DNA from: Catajapyx aquilonaris
Taxonomy: Eukaryota
Direction: 5' to 3'
NCBI GenBank assembly: GCA_000934665.2
Contig: KZ538390.1
Coordinates: forward strand, 1-64,000
Length of the DNA stretch: 64,000 nucleotides
The notes under the pieces are model-generated. The model made no database searches, had not been told where the DNA came from, and saw nothing but the letters and a program-made list of their open reading frames with translations. Made by a program: the position numbers and the translations under genes. Positions 26,058 through 40,356 of the stretch are shown here, in pieces (position 1 is the first letter of the stretch; the number at the start of each line of letters is the position of its first letter).

Positions 26058-29000
26058 CACGTGAGCCACTCAATTGAGAAGAAAGCAATGAAGGTTTTTT
26101 GTATATTGTTGTAAAAATATGTTACGAAAATTAATGAGATGCAGAGCTTTATGTGTACATTCTGACTAGACTGTCTCACAGTTTGGTGGCGAGCCCATTT
26201 ATGCGGACATATCTGACCCGAGTGCTTTCTTGCATGTTACTGGCATGTAATAAAACCATATTCAATGGAGGGTATTGGAGACCATCATTTTTCTGTGTGG
26301 CCCGGATTTCGATGACAGCTCATATTGAAATGGGAAATCAGACACACTGCGCAGCATATCTGATCATCCCTGTGTTATAAAAATACCCATGATTTCAAAT
26401 GAATTTTCACTTTAAAAATTACGTTTATTATTGAATCAAGTGAAGATTTGTGTCACATTTTTACGAATGTGACATTGTTTCAGTACTTTTACAAAAATTG
26501 TGAATTTAATTCAACCCTCGAACAAAGCGTATGAAACTAAGCTGGCAGCCGTGAAGCTAACGTCGCTGTTTCAACTTTGTCGAGAAATGCCTTTGAACTG
26601 CTCAACAATGCAAACTAAGGTAATCACATAATTTGCAGTTACCATTGTTTAATATTTCTGACGGATATACAGCAGTTACGTTATCATTGTTCAGCTTGTT
26701 ACTACATTTTAACTATTGGTACCTTACAAGAGTGCTGAAGTAGGTAGTACTTTTCTGTGCATAAAACGAACATCTAGAGCAGGTACAGGGCGTCAAAATT
26801 CGGGCCCTACTGGTCTGGATTGAAAGAGGAAAAATTTGACGGAAACTGATGAAATGCAGTGGACTCATGTTTGCACCTTTGCATCTGATCTTTTTATTTG
26901 AATACACGCCCTCTTTCCTGTGAATAGTGAACATGCACCCGACCCTATCCGAGTTGATTACCTCTCTGGAATCGAACGCCAATTACCAACACACTACGAT
27001 CCCCGCCTCTCTAAGGACGGAGAGAAAACTGGTCGCTTTCTTAGTGGAAACTCACGGCCGCTTCCGATTCTTCGAGACTAATAGAATTCGGCAGAGTCCC
27101 TCCGGACGACCCCGGATCGCCATGGGAATCTCGTGTTTCCATTTAATTGGCGAACCTGGTCTTTGCCATTGGAGTGCCAACGGTGCGAAAGAACGCAGAG
27201 TTCTCGCCCTGATAAAAGGAAAGAGAGGGAAGGAAAACTGCTCTTTTTGTACACTCTCTGGTGTCGTTTAGACGTCACAGTAATGACATTCCCACTCCCT
27301 GTTCCCAAGCCAACCCCTTCACCTCACCCCCACAATGTTAATGGGATGTGTACGACAGTAGGATCGTAAGAGTGGCATAGTAAAACTTGTTTCCATATTG
27401 CAGATAATTATACAATGTTATGATGACGAATAAAAAAAATTAACATACTGTACACCGCAGGGCCCATACCGGTGATTTGACACGGACGTCATGCATCATG
27501 TGCAGTGTTCTTGTCTTTTATCTGGCAGAGCGTGTTGCAAATCGACGTGGAGCTACGCCGCTGTGGCATAATGGCATCCATTAAACAAACATGGTATAGT
27601 GAATAAAAACCTCCTTTTTCAATAAATTTGGTCCGCTCATTTTTGGTTCATTTAGCAGGAAGGGTACCTGAAAAAATCCACACCTCTTGACACCTTCCAA
27701 AGATGACACAACTTCCAGCTCCTTTCTCTCAGCAACCATATCTTCTTTAAAAATCGCATCAAGGGGTGGAGGTAAGTGGAGCGAGAGAGGGAGGGAGAGA
27801 GAGAGCAAGAGAGCGAAAGAGCGAAAGGAGAAAGAGGGGAGAGGGAAAGAGGGAGAGAGGACTCCAAAGGCATTGGAAATTCTCGACTCTTTTATGTCCC
27901 CTTCGCCCACGGGCTCTAATGTAGCCCGGAGTCCCGGCGTCAATACCAGGGAGAGGTCGTTTAGAAGGCCCCGGAATTTCGATATTGTAGGTTCACCCCT
28001 CGTGCTAAATATGGCGGGATGCACAGGTTTACGGCCATGCTACCTGGCATGCCTACCTGTTGGAGAAGTACGTCATACTGTACACTTCAGAGGTGAACTT
28101 TCCGACAGGAATAGTATGGCCTAAAGGCACAATCTCAGCTTAGTTGACCTGTCCCAGAGATATGGAAAGGATGCTGACCCACAAGCGTGGATAAGGATTC
28201 TTATCGCGAAACCCGCTCGATATTCATAGCGGGTCGTAACCGTTCACCCAACTATAATGGTATGCACATTGATTACCGAAGAACCGGGTTACGGCAGCAC
28301 GGGCGAGATAGCTGCATCCTAACAACAAAATAGGCTCCCATACTCTTGCCAGCCCCAGCTTATATCTGTGGACTTCCATACTCACGTACCTCACACACAC
28401 GGTTGATTTTATAGTCATTGCAGTTGTAAATTTTTCCAGCCAACTAATACCATTTCTGGGGAACATACCATGTACTGCCATTATGAATTACTGCGCTATT
28501 TAGGTTTCCAAGGAAGAATCATCAAATCAAATAACTGTTCAGGGCAAGAAAGTGGTCAAATTGCGTAAATGCTTGAATCCATCAAATGTAATGTGACAGT
28601 TATATCCTAATAATATTAATATATCCTTATAAACTTCAAAGGTCATGATAGCCCAAAGCTGGCTCAACATCGTACCAAGAAAAAGTATGGCAAGCAACTC
28701 TCTATACACTGTAACTTGTCAACACAATCGGCGCAAAACAAGCTGACAGTACCCTTGACGTCTTCATAAGTGGTCAAGTGATACCCACTCAGGCTTCACT
28801 TGAATTACCACAACATCATGAAGTCTCTTGCAGAAGAAATATACTTTATAGTGTAGCACTGTACAGGTCAAGTGTAGCCGCTGATTTTATGGTGGGCACG
28901 CCATGCTCTATTGAGAACTTTGGTTTGATATTCTACCCTCTGCTCACAACCCCAATTTTTCGATGAATCGAGAAAAGTTCAGCAAGAGTGCAAGCCTATA

Positions 29001-32000
29001 GGAGACATTGGTGAATCTCATGCATGCATACATTCATAGCACATACTTTTGTTTTCAACTCCCTCCGGCTGCTCCTGCCCGACTCACTTTCATTTCACTA
29101 GCCCTCGTGTTCATGATTTGATTTCAGATTGTAATTGAGGCGTTCAGAGCTTGAATACCATCAAGTTCATATGGTTCGCGTACGGCTTATATACAGCATC
29201 ATCTGTCCATAAACCACATTGAATCATCTGACTTATGACTCTGAATGCCTCCTGTTTCATTAACATGACTAAATGAGGCATTGAGCGGGAATTTTTTGTT
29301 TGGAAAAACGATAACGTTAATGTGCCACACAACATAGCTTGCAAGAAAGGAACACCCCCCATTCGAGGAACAACAATTTACTCCGAGAATCCGGAAATAT
29401 TTTTATTCCAGCCACAAATTATTAGCAGGATCATAACACATTTTACAACCCTGTAAATTAAATTTATTAAATCCACTATATGCTGGCTGTCTGGTCATAA
29501 ACTTTACAAGAAAGAAAAGCCGGATCCGGTAACTTCCGCGCCAACTGGAAACCGCAGCATCCTTCTTAGCTATACTTTATGTTGTTGGGAGGTCTAGGAA
29601 GTGTATGGCCCCGAGAACTCTCTCTCCCCCGTCCCTTCCCCCACCCCCTCCTTCTATGGCTTCATAAGGAAATGGTTAGTCCATTAAAGGAGTTTACGAA
29701 GCACACAAGCCCGACTCTACACTCGGATGCGGGCGAGATCTTTGGGAAGCCGCCTTTCAGCTCATCAGGAAAGTTCCCGTGGAGATCCATAAAACCGGGG
29801 ATTGCAAATTGTACCATTTACTTTGATGATACGGAATACTCCCGGAGCAGTACGAAACGCTCCTTTGCCCACCACATTTATTAGGATAATATCTTCTTTT
29901 ATAATGGGATCATGAGAGCATCAGATCTGCAGTCCTTCTTTGAACCTCATTTGAGAAGTGGTTTCCTTTGATTCGAAGCACATGGCTTAAAAGGTGGATC
30001 ATTTATCACCTTCTTTCGGATGTCATATTGCGGGGTTATTTTTGGAACCGGCTAATCTTCTGCAGTAACGTTCTAGCAATAATTGTGGTCATAGTCGACT
30101 CATTTCTAGGGCGTCCTGCTGTGGAGACACTGTCTTGTGCCTAAAATTGTGTCGGAAATAGCCTATATAGCTAGTTGATTGAATTCAGAGTTCCTGAAGG
30201 TAACTGGTCAATGGTCATGGTTATATTTTTACTGTTACCGTTAAAGTACACGGATCGCCAGTTGCTGTGCTTCAGGGATGCATCATGATGTGCAAAATTG
30301 TACAGTATACTTAAAGTGAATTATCGAGCTGTCAAACTGCATATAGTTCATTTACGGAGATGCTGCATGTCAAATTTGATTTGAATAATTTTGCCATTTC
30401 GGTACACTAGATAGATTTCATTAAGCCTTCATAGCCAAACTTCCAAGAAACTGATATGAGAACTTGATGATTAAAATTCACAGGAACAAACCCCAGAATG
30501 AATTTTCAATCCAACTTGGAAATAAACTGTTCATAACGGGTTTCTATTTTCTGCACTGCAGTTTGGGGGAATCTTTTGAACTCAAGACTGAAGTAATTAA
30601 CCCACCTGAAACCAATAACTTCGACTTGAAATATTTTCTTGTTAATTTCATTCTTCCACCTCCAAACATCTTTTCACCCATAGTCGCTGAGCCTGGCAAT
30701 GTAAGCCTCAAGCAAAAAAAAAGAAGAAGGAAGTAGTAGGAGGAGGAGGTAACCTCACAGGGGGAAAATTGGATGCCATTTTTTACGGGAGGCCAATTTC
30801 AACTGTCTATTCCGTGGCGAAGTATGCCGGGCATTATGTGCAGCGTCGGAGGGAGCTGACTTTTGGGTCTGATAAGACCTCCCTAACAGTGGTAGAACAA
30901 GGCTCTTGGGAAAAGAAGGGTGGCCAAGGTGCTGGTAGTACGTTAGATTAGTCTCGATTACTGGGAAAGGAGTGGATCAGCTTGAAAGAGGGCAGTCAGA
31001 GATAAGTGCAAAATGGTCCGTGGATCACATTTATTTGTGCTGAGCCGCAGGATGGTATCGTTTCTCTGTAAACATGTCATGGCTTGACTCTATATTCAAG
31101 CGGAGGGGAGAACACCTTCAACCTCCCGCAGGGATTTATATTACGGGATGTTCTATGAGCCATGTTGCCTGGATCGATTATGTCAGCATTCCGAGCTGCA
31201 TAACATGGCAGGAACGATACCATCGCCTACTTTAGCAATAATGATAAGTGTGTTGCTTTTACTCGGCAGACCACCTTTATTTAGACAAGAATTGCGTTGG
31301 GCAGCGTGAAGGTATACAAAGTAGGTGTGTATTTCGCTAGGTAGGTAGGCCACTTTGAAGATGAACCACCCCGGGTGGTGTGGTATCCAAGTGGCAACCG
31401 TGTGAAAGTGCTGGTCTAGTGCCAAAGAGGGTCGGCGCCCCTGCGCTTCGATTTACTGTTGGAGCGCCAAGCACTTCAGAAAGTCAAATGAGTAAGGCGC
31501 AAGGAATAGGACCTTTGGGAGCAAGAAGACGGAAGTTCTCCTTCCGTCGATTCCCGCCTATAGTAAATGACGGCACTAGAACTCTTAGCTCGCACAGCAC
31601 GTAATATCCCCTGGCCCACCCCTCTGTCCCTGCAGGGCATCATTTTAATGACGTTAGCAACCCCTAGCTAAGTGTACAGGCCAACACGGGGATCATCCAA
31701 ACTTGGCGAATTGTGGTTGTTCGCATTCATCACCACAGGGCCTAACCTAGGATTCGGGCATTATATATTCAACAGCACCGCGCTAGATGCCCCGTTTCGC
31801 TTTTATAAACCTGCAATTGGAAATTCGATAGCATGTAACTACTGTACAAGTACTTGCACCGCTGCACAGAAGGCTGCCTAGTAATCTTTCGAATGAATAT
31901 GGTCTTTTCAGTCGTGAAGGCACAAACGAAAATTTCAAAAAGCACTTCAGGTATAATACAATACAGAAAACCCGCACCAGAAATCCAACATTCATCACAA

Positions 32001-33515
32001 TGGCTTATTTAATATAGCTTTCAGGCTGATTTTCAAACCATGAATAGATATTTGCTACGGGTCAACACGGCTGCTAGCATGTCTGCACGGGAAAAAAGCG
32101 AATCTGCCCCACATAAATGTCAGTGACTGTAAGGCGTCCACTGCACCAAGTGCTGTCTGCTTCCAGATATGCAGCAATGCAAGCAAAACCAATTCGGAAA
32201 AAATACCCCCATCCAAAATGTGAATATCCAAATAAATAGTCAACGTTAAAACAGCTCTCATTAGCCAATATCCCGAGCAAGTGGCCTCATATGTTAATGC
32301 TCCGGCAGTACACTGTACCCAGCAGGCAAACGACAACGCCAACAAGCCAACGACGCGACGCAACACTGCAGGTATACACTTTTGCAGCCCCCCACTCTGG
32401 GCGAGGACGAGAATCAATTTCTGGAATGAACAGCAGTCTCCTAGAGCCATAGTACTGTAGCTATGAGGGAGGGCTTCCTAGAATATGCTCCCCGTCTGGA
32501 AAACGTGCACTTGGCCGCGATTGCCAGCACCTTATTGCGGCCGGCGCATTTTCACTCCTAATGCGGTAATGACTGCACGAAGAAGCAACTTGGACCCGTT
32601 CCATCCGCTCGTTTGGCAGCTCCCAGAGGCTAATGAGATCTGCTTCTTGTACTTTTGGGGGGGGGGGGGGNNNNNNNNNNNGGGGACCTTGTCCTTACTG
32701 CTTTTCTGGCGCTGGCGTCCCCGTGTAGTCTTACACGCCGTTTGCAATTTCGCATTTGCATGACGTAAGAGACTCTCTCTGCCACTGAGAAAATGTCGTT
32801 TACTGAACAAGGCGAATAATGGGCATGGGGGAAGAAGTTAGGGCCATGTGCTAAAAAGTTTTCTGCTTTGCATATAGCTAGGGGAGGAGAAAGGGGCGGG
32901 GGTCTTAAGTGAAAGGTGACGTGATGCTAGTTCAAGATAGGCCTCGGGGTGTCACATTTTCGGCTTTCCTCTCAGGTGTGCTCAACGGAGCTCATTTTGA
33001 AATTATTTTATTCGAGGTGTCACCTTGCTTAAACAGCCAAGAGTGTGCGCCAAGTTGGCTAATAGGACCTGTCTTATTATAAGGCTCCTTCCAAAAGAAA
33101 AGACGCCTCTTGCATATCAACGCAGGCCGGGTCACAATATAATGGGCATAGGAGGTTCCACACAAGTTCCACATGTCGAATGATTCAGATGTATCATACC
33201 CATATCGGTCATTCTACACGTCCCTCCAATATGACGTGATTTTTCCCATAGGTCAGCACTACGGCATGCGCATATTGTTTATACCGGTCCCAGGCGGGTT
33301 GGCCATGTGTCCCACTGTTTGAGCTACATGGGAGATGAAACGGTGTTCCCAAAATCGGCAACACATTTCCAGAATCGCAAAGCTCAAGCCAGTCTCCCAT
33401 TCAGGACTCCTGGAAAATCCCGCAAAAAATGTGAAAAAGAGCCCGAAGAGAGCTGCGAGATCCAAATGGGACAGTCGGGCCACTCGGGAACTGTCACAGC
33501 CCTTACCTCCTACCT

Positions 33516-33547
33516 ACCTTCCTTCCTTCCTTCCTTCCTTCCTTCCC
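33516..33547. repeat. (CTTC)n microsatellite
   Basis: Direct reading. Confidence 0.85.
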
Positions 33548-34522
33548 ATTCCCTTCTAACCCATGTTCCCAACCTCGAGTTCCTTCCGCCAATCCAGCAA
33601 CTCCAGCTGCCCATTGTCCAAGCCGCACACCCAGAAAATCGTTCGATTCATTTAGCATGGTGGCGCCGGCCCACATCCCCCCNCCCCCCCCAACCCCCTA
33701 CTCTTTACGCTTTCCGCCTCCCACCTCCTCCAACTCCCAAGCCTCTTTTCTGTGCTCCGACAGGACCTTAATTTGATAAAAGGGGACCCCGAACTGACCA
33801 TCTAGCGTTATTCCAATGGCCATTTGTCTGCGTTTCGGTACCAAGGGGAATGCTAACAAGAGGAGGAGACGAAATGAATTATCACGCCCTCCCAGACACC
33901 TCGTTCTTGTCCGGACGAATTCTCAGTTCCGCTTGAAAGATGTGCTCTCCTCCCCTTTTCCTCTACAAGAGCCAAATCTGCCTGCCAAGACTGATCTACA
34001 ATTGCGCGTCCCATTCCCCTATCACCCACAGGCAAAAAAATATAATGTCAGTGTAATGTGTGGTACAGAATCAATCATTGTGTAGCACTGTGACGCCTAT
34101 CTCAGGACACCTATATAACTTACAAGGGTGCAAGATTATATCGTGTATGTACAGTACAGCAACAGGGTGAGACAGCCACTTGTTCATAATAATTTAAGCC
34201 TGCGTTCCAGCTACGAAGGTGTGTTGAGAGAGCCACAAGTAGGGCCATAGCCCATAACTAAAGGGGCGCGAGGGGCACAGCTATCCTGGGTGGAGTCGTT
34301 TGGTGGGGGGGAATTGCCTGAACGGCCGGAACTGGTGACAAAATAGAACTGAGAGAAATAAGGAAGATAAAGCTTTTTTGTCAGAAGGGGCATTGCAACA
34401 GGGCGTGGCAACGAAATAATTGCACATTTTCGCAGCACAACTGGGTTAATGGCGCATAACTGAGGGGCTTGCAGAGTTGCAGGCATCCCAATATTAAGTG
34501 GCTGAAATAAAACAACCTTATC

Positions 34523-34824
34523 CACGGTAGGGAAAGATAACGATATTAGTTCAGGAACAAGTGTTCGATTACTTAACTATGGATGTTTAAACGAGACGTA
34601 ATAAATGTCGTGATTTCTGAAACACATCCGGCAACATGCAAGGTGCATACAGTGCCCACACATAACTTCTAAAAAAGGGATTAGGCAACATTTCCCCCTC
34701 CACTCCACACCAGACACCCTCAGCGATCTGATTGGTGGAGCAGAGGGTGGGGGACCTTTGCTCCACCAATCAGATAGTGGGTACAGTGGGCTACAAAAGA
34801 AATGCTCTTTTGAACCCTACCGTG
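34523..34824. mobile_element. Probable degenerate MITE with internal CCAATCAG hairpin
   Basis: 10-bp terminal IR CACGGTAGGG (34523-34532) / CCCTACCGTG (34815-34824, followed by TA). Internal 21-bp IR at 34726-34746 / 34755-34775. Confidence 0.45.
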
Positions 34825-37800
34825 TATAGTTTAGCCACAGAGGTCGCAATATTTAGGACATGCCTATATTATGAGAAGTTAGGATGTGGGTAACGTAAAT
34901 TCGGCTAATGTAGCTAATTTATAAGATACTAATCAAAAAAATATGTTACTTTTTTAGTCCAAAGTAACTGCTACTCTTTGGTCTCAGGAGGCGTGAGAGG
35001 CTTTTTGGGCAACAGTGTAAATTAGGTTGCAGGACAAAAAGCGTGTTTTTCTGCGATGCATTTTAAACGCCTAGTGTGGTCGGGACCTAAGCGCATGTGC
35101 ATCCCTTGAGTGATCCAGAAAGTTGACTCTTTTTTATGCAATTTCAGCAACTGCAAGTTAGAAGCCTCTCTCAATATTACGTACTAGTTTGAATTTCCAG
35201 GCGCCGAAGTGCCTGTAAGCGCATTTTGAACCATGGAATATGCTTTCAGGCTGTATAATGATACCTTTAGAGGGTCAAAAAAAGATGATATTCACCTGCT
35301 GCGCCAAAACTCATTGATTCCAGCTTGCAAGTTTCCCAAGCTCTCTCTTGTGTTTCAAAGATCCCCCCATTTTCATGGTGGGAGCAGGTGTGATAATTGC
35401 TACCCTGAAAACAATGGAGTTACTGGAAACTATATCCAGTGCACATGTTTTTGCTCCGTAGCAAGACACGTAAGGGAAAAGCGCACCTACAATATCACGT
35501 CACGCTACATATGTCTTCTTTACACCTGTGCGACCTCATTACTAATTTTCTCATTCCTAACACGAACACTGATACCATTTTTGCAGGTTTCGTTTGCTAG
35601 ATCCGTTTTAAAAATAATAGCTGGACGTGAAGTTTCAAATCAACCAGTAAAGCAACAAAACAGCACCTAATCTTCCGGGAACATCTGTTTCCGGGCCAAC
35701 AATATTTTACGCCCGTTCCTAGTCTGCAAACGAGATTTTAAACGACCCCAAATTATTCTCAACCATGCTCGTGCAGTCCGGCCGCTACACAAAAAGATGG
35801 TCCCATTTGCCGCCTCTACTAATTAATTACGGAGAAGAATGGGACAGAAAAAAACCTTAGTTTTTTGTTATTAAAAAAACAGCATCTTATTAAGAAGTTG
35901 ACAACAACGACGGGAGGCAATGTCGCCAACCGGTTTTTTCCCCTCCATTTCCTAAGTCTTTTGGGAGGGAAAAACTTTTTCTCCTGTTGTAATTTTTGCG
36001 CGAAAAACAAGAAAGGCGATATTTAGAATCATTTGGCTCCCGTTTTCTCCCACGAGAACTGGAGGCAAAAAAAAGCGGTAAGAGGCAAAAACATGGAAGG
36101 AAATTTGCGTAAATTTGACACACCTACCCACACCACGAACTGTACAGTTCTGCGTGAATTGAAACCAGGTCTCGCTTTCAAAATGTGCTCCCCTGGTTCC
36201 CGCAGAAGCCCGGAGAAAGGAAAATGTTTCAGACCAGACGACAGGCTGCATATTATAGCATTACGTATTATTGCAGAGAGAAAAAGTAGACAGCTTATGG
36301 GTAATCAATTTACACGGTTGGACGAGAGTCAAAGGAGGTATTCGTTGAACGACCTGTTTCTGCAGGGCTTATACGAGGGACATAAACGATACTACCATAT
36401 TTTCATGGCAAAGGTTGGGGAGGGACCAGATCTGAAAAACCCGACCGCACTTTGAATTCCCGCCTATTTCCCTTGCAAATGTGATCGAAGTCAGGTGGTT
36501 TCTATGGACTGCGATATTGGATTTGGCCAAATAAATGCCTGGTGATCTGGTCCACGCATCTCATTTACAGACAAATCGTTCCTCAAGAGAAATGACATTC
36601 ACCACGGCTATGCACACAAAAGAATTGTCCGTACGAGTTAGGTGACATCACCGGTTTTTGTAAGTGGCGTGGATGAAAATTGGTTCCAGCTTGAATTCAA
36701 TGGTGATCCTGGATTTGACTGCCCCAAGAGTGTATGAAAGTGGGGTCAAGCCCAGTATAGTTCCCATCTATGAACTTCTGGCACTTTTAGGGGATGAAAG
36801 GTTGGGAGAGGATTTATTCATCCTATTGTTTTAGCAGCAAACTGCTAAAGAGATGGTTGGTCCACACAAAAGCTTCAAGTGTTCTTTTAGAGTTAAACCT
36901 TATTTAGTTGATGATACCATTGTAATTTTAATTGGAGGTTTTTTTTTACATGCGTCATAGTGAATTGCGTGTTAGTGTTCCATTCTATGGAAAACTTTGA
37001 TAAAACGAAAAGGACAGGAAAATATTCAGGCACTTTTGAAATCATTTTAATCTGTTCAAATCTTTCTAAAGAGGGCCGAAATAGATTTGCTAATAATCCG
37101 TGGATTAGAGGGTAGAGCACAAATAAAAAGCAGCTGAAATAGTAAAGTTCGTGTAAGTACTAAGCCATTGTGTCGTTATCATAAATGAAACACGCATCGA
37201 TCTTCATACACAAAGCGATTACAAATGAATTAAGCGCGTATAGCTAATTAGGAAAATGGAACTCCCCAAGTCTTAAGCAAAAACAGCTCCTGCAGTACTT
37301 TGTTTATACTACACTACTGCTGGGATCCGGATTAGCTTGTGGCCTTCCACAACTTCTTGTTACGTAGACCATCTACATAAAGTAAGTGCTTATAACCTCA
37401 GTTTCCTACTAAACACCAAAAAGGGATTTGCTCTTGGAAACAACACCCATCTCATTAGAGAGTGTGTCCCTGATTCGGGTAATTTAGATCGTGTTTTCAA
37501 TATTGAGTTTACAAATTAGGGAGTAATAAATATGCGCAGTGTTTCAGTGTACCGCAAATCACCGAATCGAAATGGCCGGATCATCAGCCTTTCCTGGCTG
37601 ATCGGTACTGGCATGTGGTCAATTTTAATTCATCGGTGGATCTGGTGCTTTGATTGCGCATCCGAATTATGCGGTCAGGTTAGCGCAAGAAATACTCTAG
37701 CTGCCAATTAATACTAAATTTATACTGCAAATGATGGTGTGGCGTGTTGCTTTTCAGAGAATATTGCATGGTAGGACCTCCCATTTTTTTATTCCTTTCC

Positions 37801-39870
37801 TCATTTATTCCCTTCTTCAATTCATCCGGCCCCTAGATAGCTGGAAGCTACATTGAGAGTAAAGAAAAAAGCAGGTGAAGAGCTGGAAGATCCCAAAATG
37901 GAAAGTTTCTTTATGGGGAAACAGATATTTCGGAAAAAAGAGGAGAAAAAAAGTACGGTGCAGCACGTCCTACTGTAAGTATATTTCCTTGCCTTACATC
38001 TTCAAGTGCTTGAGGCTTCCACGAATTGCGCAAAATTAAGGCCCTTCTTCATTTCAAAGAAGGGAAAATCTATATTCCAGACTTTTTACTCAAAAGACTA
38101 AAGTTTCTGCAGCTCATCCTAATGGCCGCTACAAAATAATTAAGGTTTACCAAGGTCTTGTGGGCAACGTCTTAAAAGAACAAGTACCGATAGGTGAAAA
38201 AAAAGGCTTACCTCCAACAAAAAAGTAGTCTCAAGTTATCTTTGCCACTCTTTCCGTTCCTCGCCTTTGCCCTGATCGAACTGCTGAAAGGGCCCTCGTA
38301 ATTACTTCCTTAGACCTGGTCGGGCAAGAAGAGTTGTGGGCCGATTTGTTCAGATTTATTTCCTCAATTCCACTTCCTAATTTTTGTGTTATCCCACCCT
38401 GACAATGGGACCTGGTGTCTCATTTTTTCCTGCTTTTCAAACTGCTCGTGCATTGAGTAGACCCGCATCCTCAATATGAAAGGGTGGGGAAAATAATCCT
38501 TTACACGTCATGCACATGGTGACATGATTAATAATGGTTACAACCAGCACCTCGTCATGCCATAGTTACAGCTGCAGGCCACTGCATATACGCTGTAATT
38601 TGAGGCTCCATGAATGATGCACGGCGCACTCTTTGTAATTGGAAATGCTTAATTTTTCCTACATACTGTATGTAGTAGGTGCAACATAATCGCTCAGTGC
38701 AGCATACCGAAATGAACACTCTGCCCGCCTCCTCTCCAGGGCAACAACGTCGGGGAAATTGCAAACCGCAAAATAATGCCCTCAGCTATCAACCATTCAT
38801 TAATGTAGCTAGTTGATCGCTTTAACGAGACTAATGAACGATGGCTTTTGCTGGGTACAATTGTTGCCAAAACGCTCTTTATTCCAAATTATCCCCCACG
38901 AACTTACCTCAACTCAACATAACGTCACATTAATGGGCGCAAAATATTTCAGGCCATGTTTGAGCACTGCCGAGCCGTACAAAAACACACTTCACAACGG
39001 CCCTTTACATCTGTCGTTACCATCAGTGGCCTAATTGCACTTTTTGAAACTTCAGTCCCCAGGTGCTCCAAATGTGCCACTTTAGATCCTATGCATATTT
39101 CATAGGTTTGTTCGCATAACTGTGGCCAATTCCCAGCATGAAAGAACAAAATAATGATTCTTCACACGATCATAAGCAACTGGGAATATCATCGGCACGG
39201 AGATTTACATGATATCATCAGCTTAATGATGAGTAATATCCATTTAATTGGTGCAGTATATTAGTACTGCTGCACAATATGCGGTCGTTCACTTCTGCTT
39301 ATTCTATCACATAGAGTGCGGCTTGCGCGGCATCTCAGACGCTATAGGTAATAACCAGGCACCGTGGAGTAACCACAAAGGCTCGTTTTCATTTTGAACT
39401 TTAAATCCTCTCTGAAGGGAAAACGAGTACTCATTAATATTTCCTTTACAGTGTCTTCCTTATTAGTCTCCCTAGGTTACCATTAGCTGCACCATAGGGT
39501 GAGGGTTAGTGTTACGTGGATTCAGGATGCACTCTTGTACACCTATATACAACCTAGTGAAGATGTTATTAAATTGTATATTAGGTAATAAACTGTGTGT
39601 CCTATAGTTGTGAGAATAACACTGACCTTGCATATACTGTGTGATATCCAGCGGTATACGCCTCGTGAACTGCTATCGAAGAAGCGACGTTATACATCCA
39701 ATAATAAGAAAAAATACGCAGACAAAAGTTAGTTTTGAAGCATTTTGCTGATTATTTCTGTCATTATCGTCATACTCTACCACAAAAATGTGTCACTAGT
39801 AAAGTGGCATTCAGGAGTTTTCATTACGGACTATGCGTCAGTTTTTAATATGTCAATTACAAAACGTTTA

Positions 39871-40356
39871 TAGGGTGTTCCAAATGAAATGTTCAGAGTG
39901 CAGTGATTAGAAATTTTTGAACTGAGCTGCATACTTTTGCGTGGCTACTTTTGGTGGTAATGAAAAATATCCTCTGCTAATATTCGGGCAAATTGGCTCA
40001 TCTATCCCCTGCCTGAATTGCAATGAATTTTACATTGGGAATGGTCCATGGGGAGTATTGATATCGAAAGCCAATGATGGAATCATCCAGTAACGCACAG
40101 GTGCTCTAATGCAAAAAAATTAAGTCAGGTCGGCTGTGCTGTTTTGTTAGTCGGTGCGGATGTACAAATGAGTCAAATTCTTTAACGCCCAAATGCATCC
40201 AGGTGTCAAAAAAACGTCTCATTCATTTTTAACATCATGCAGTGCCATAGTGAGTGAAAAGTATTGCTTTCAGTTAGTTTGAGTACCCAAACCACAGACC
40301 AATATTTAAAACGATAATATTTTGAAAATGCCCTGCTGGATCTTCTGAGCGGCCTG
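39871..40356. mobile_element. Possible decayed Tc1/mariner-type non-autonomous element
   Basis: Begins TA|TAGGGTGTTCCAAATG and ends GAGCGGCCTG|TA; the TIR match is poor. Confidence 0.25.

Noticed and set aside
27581..28124. 145/147-aa antiparallel ORFs
   Set aside because: They are driven by a GA-rich low-complexity tract, with no domain similarity.
32657..32685. Poly-G runs containing N (also 4595-4617, 25338-25358 and the poly-C run near 33683) as G-quadruplex elements
   Set aside because: The Ns show the homopolymers are poorly resolved in the assembly, so length and sequence are unreliable.
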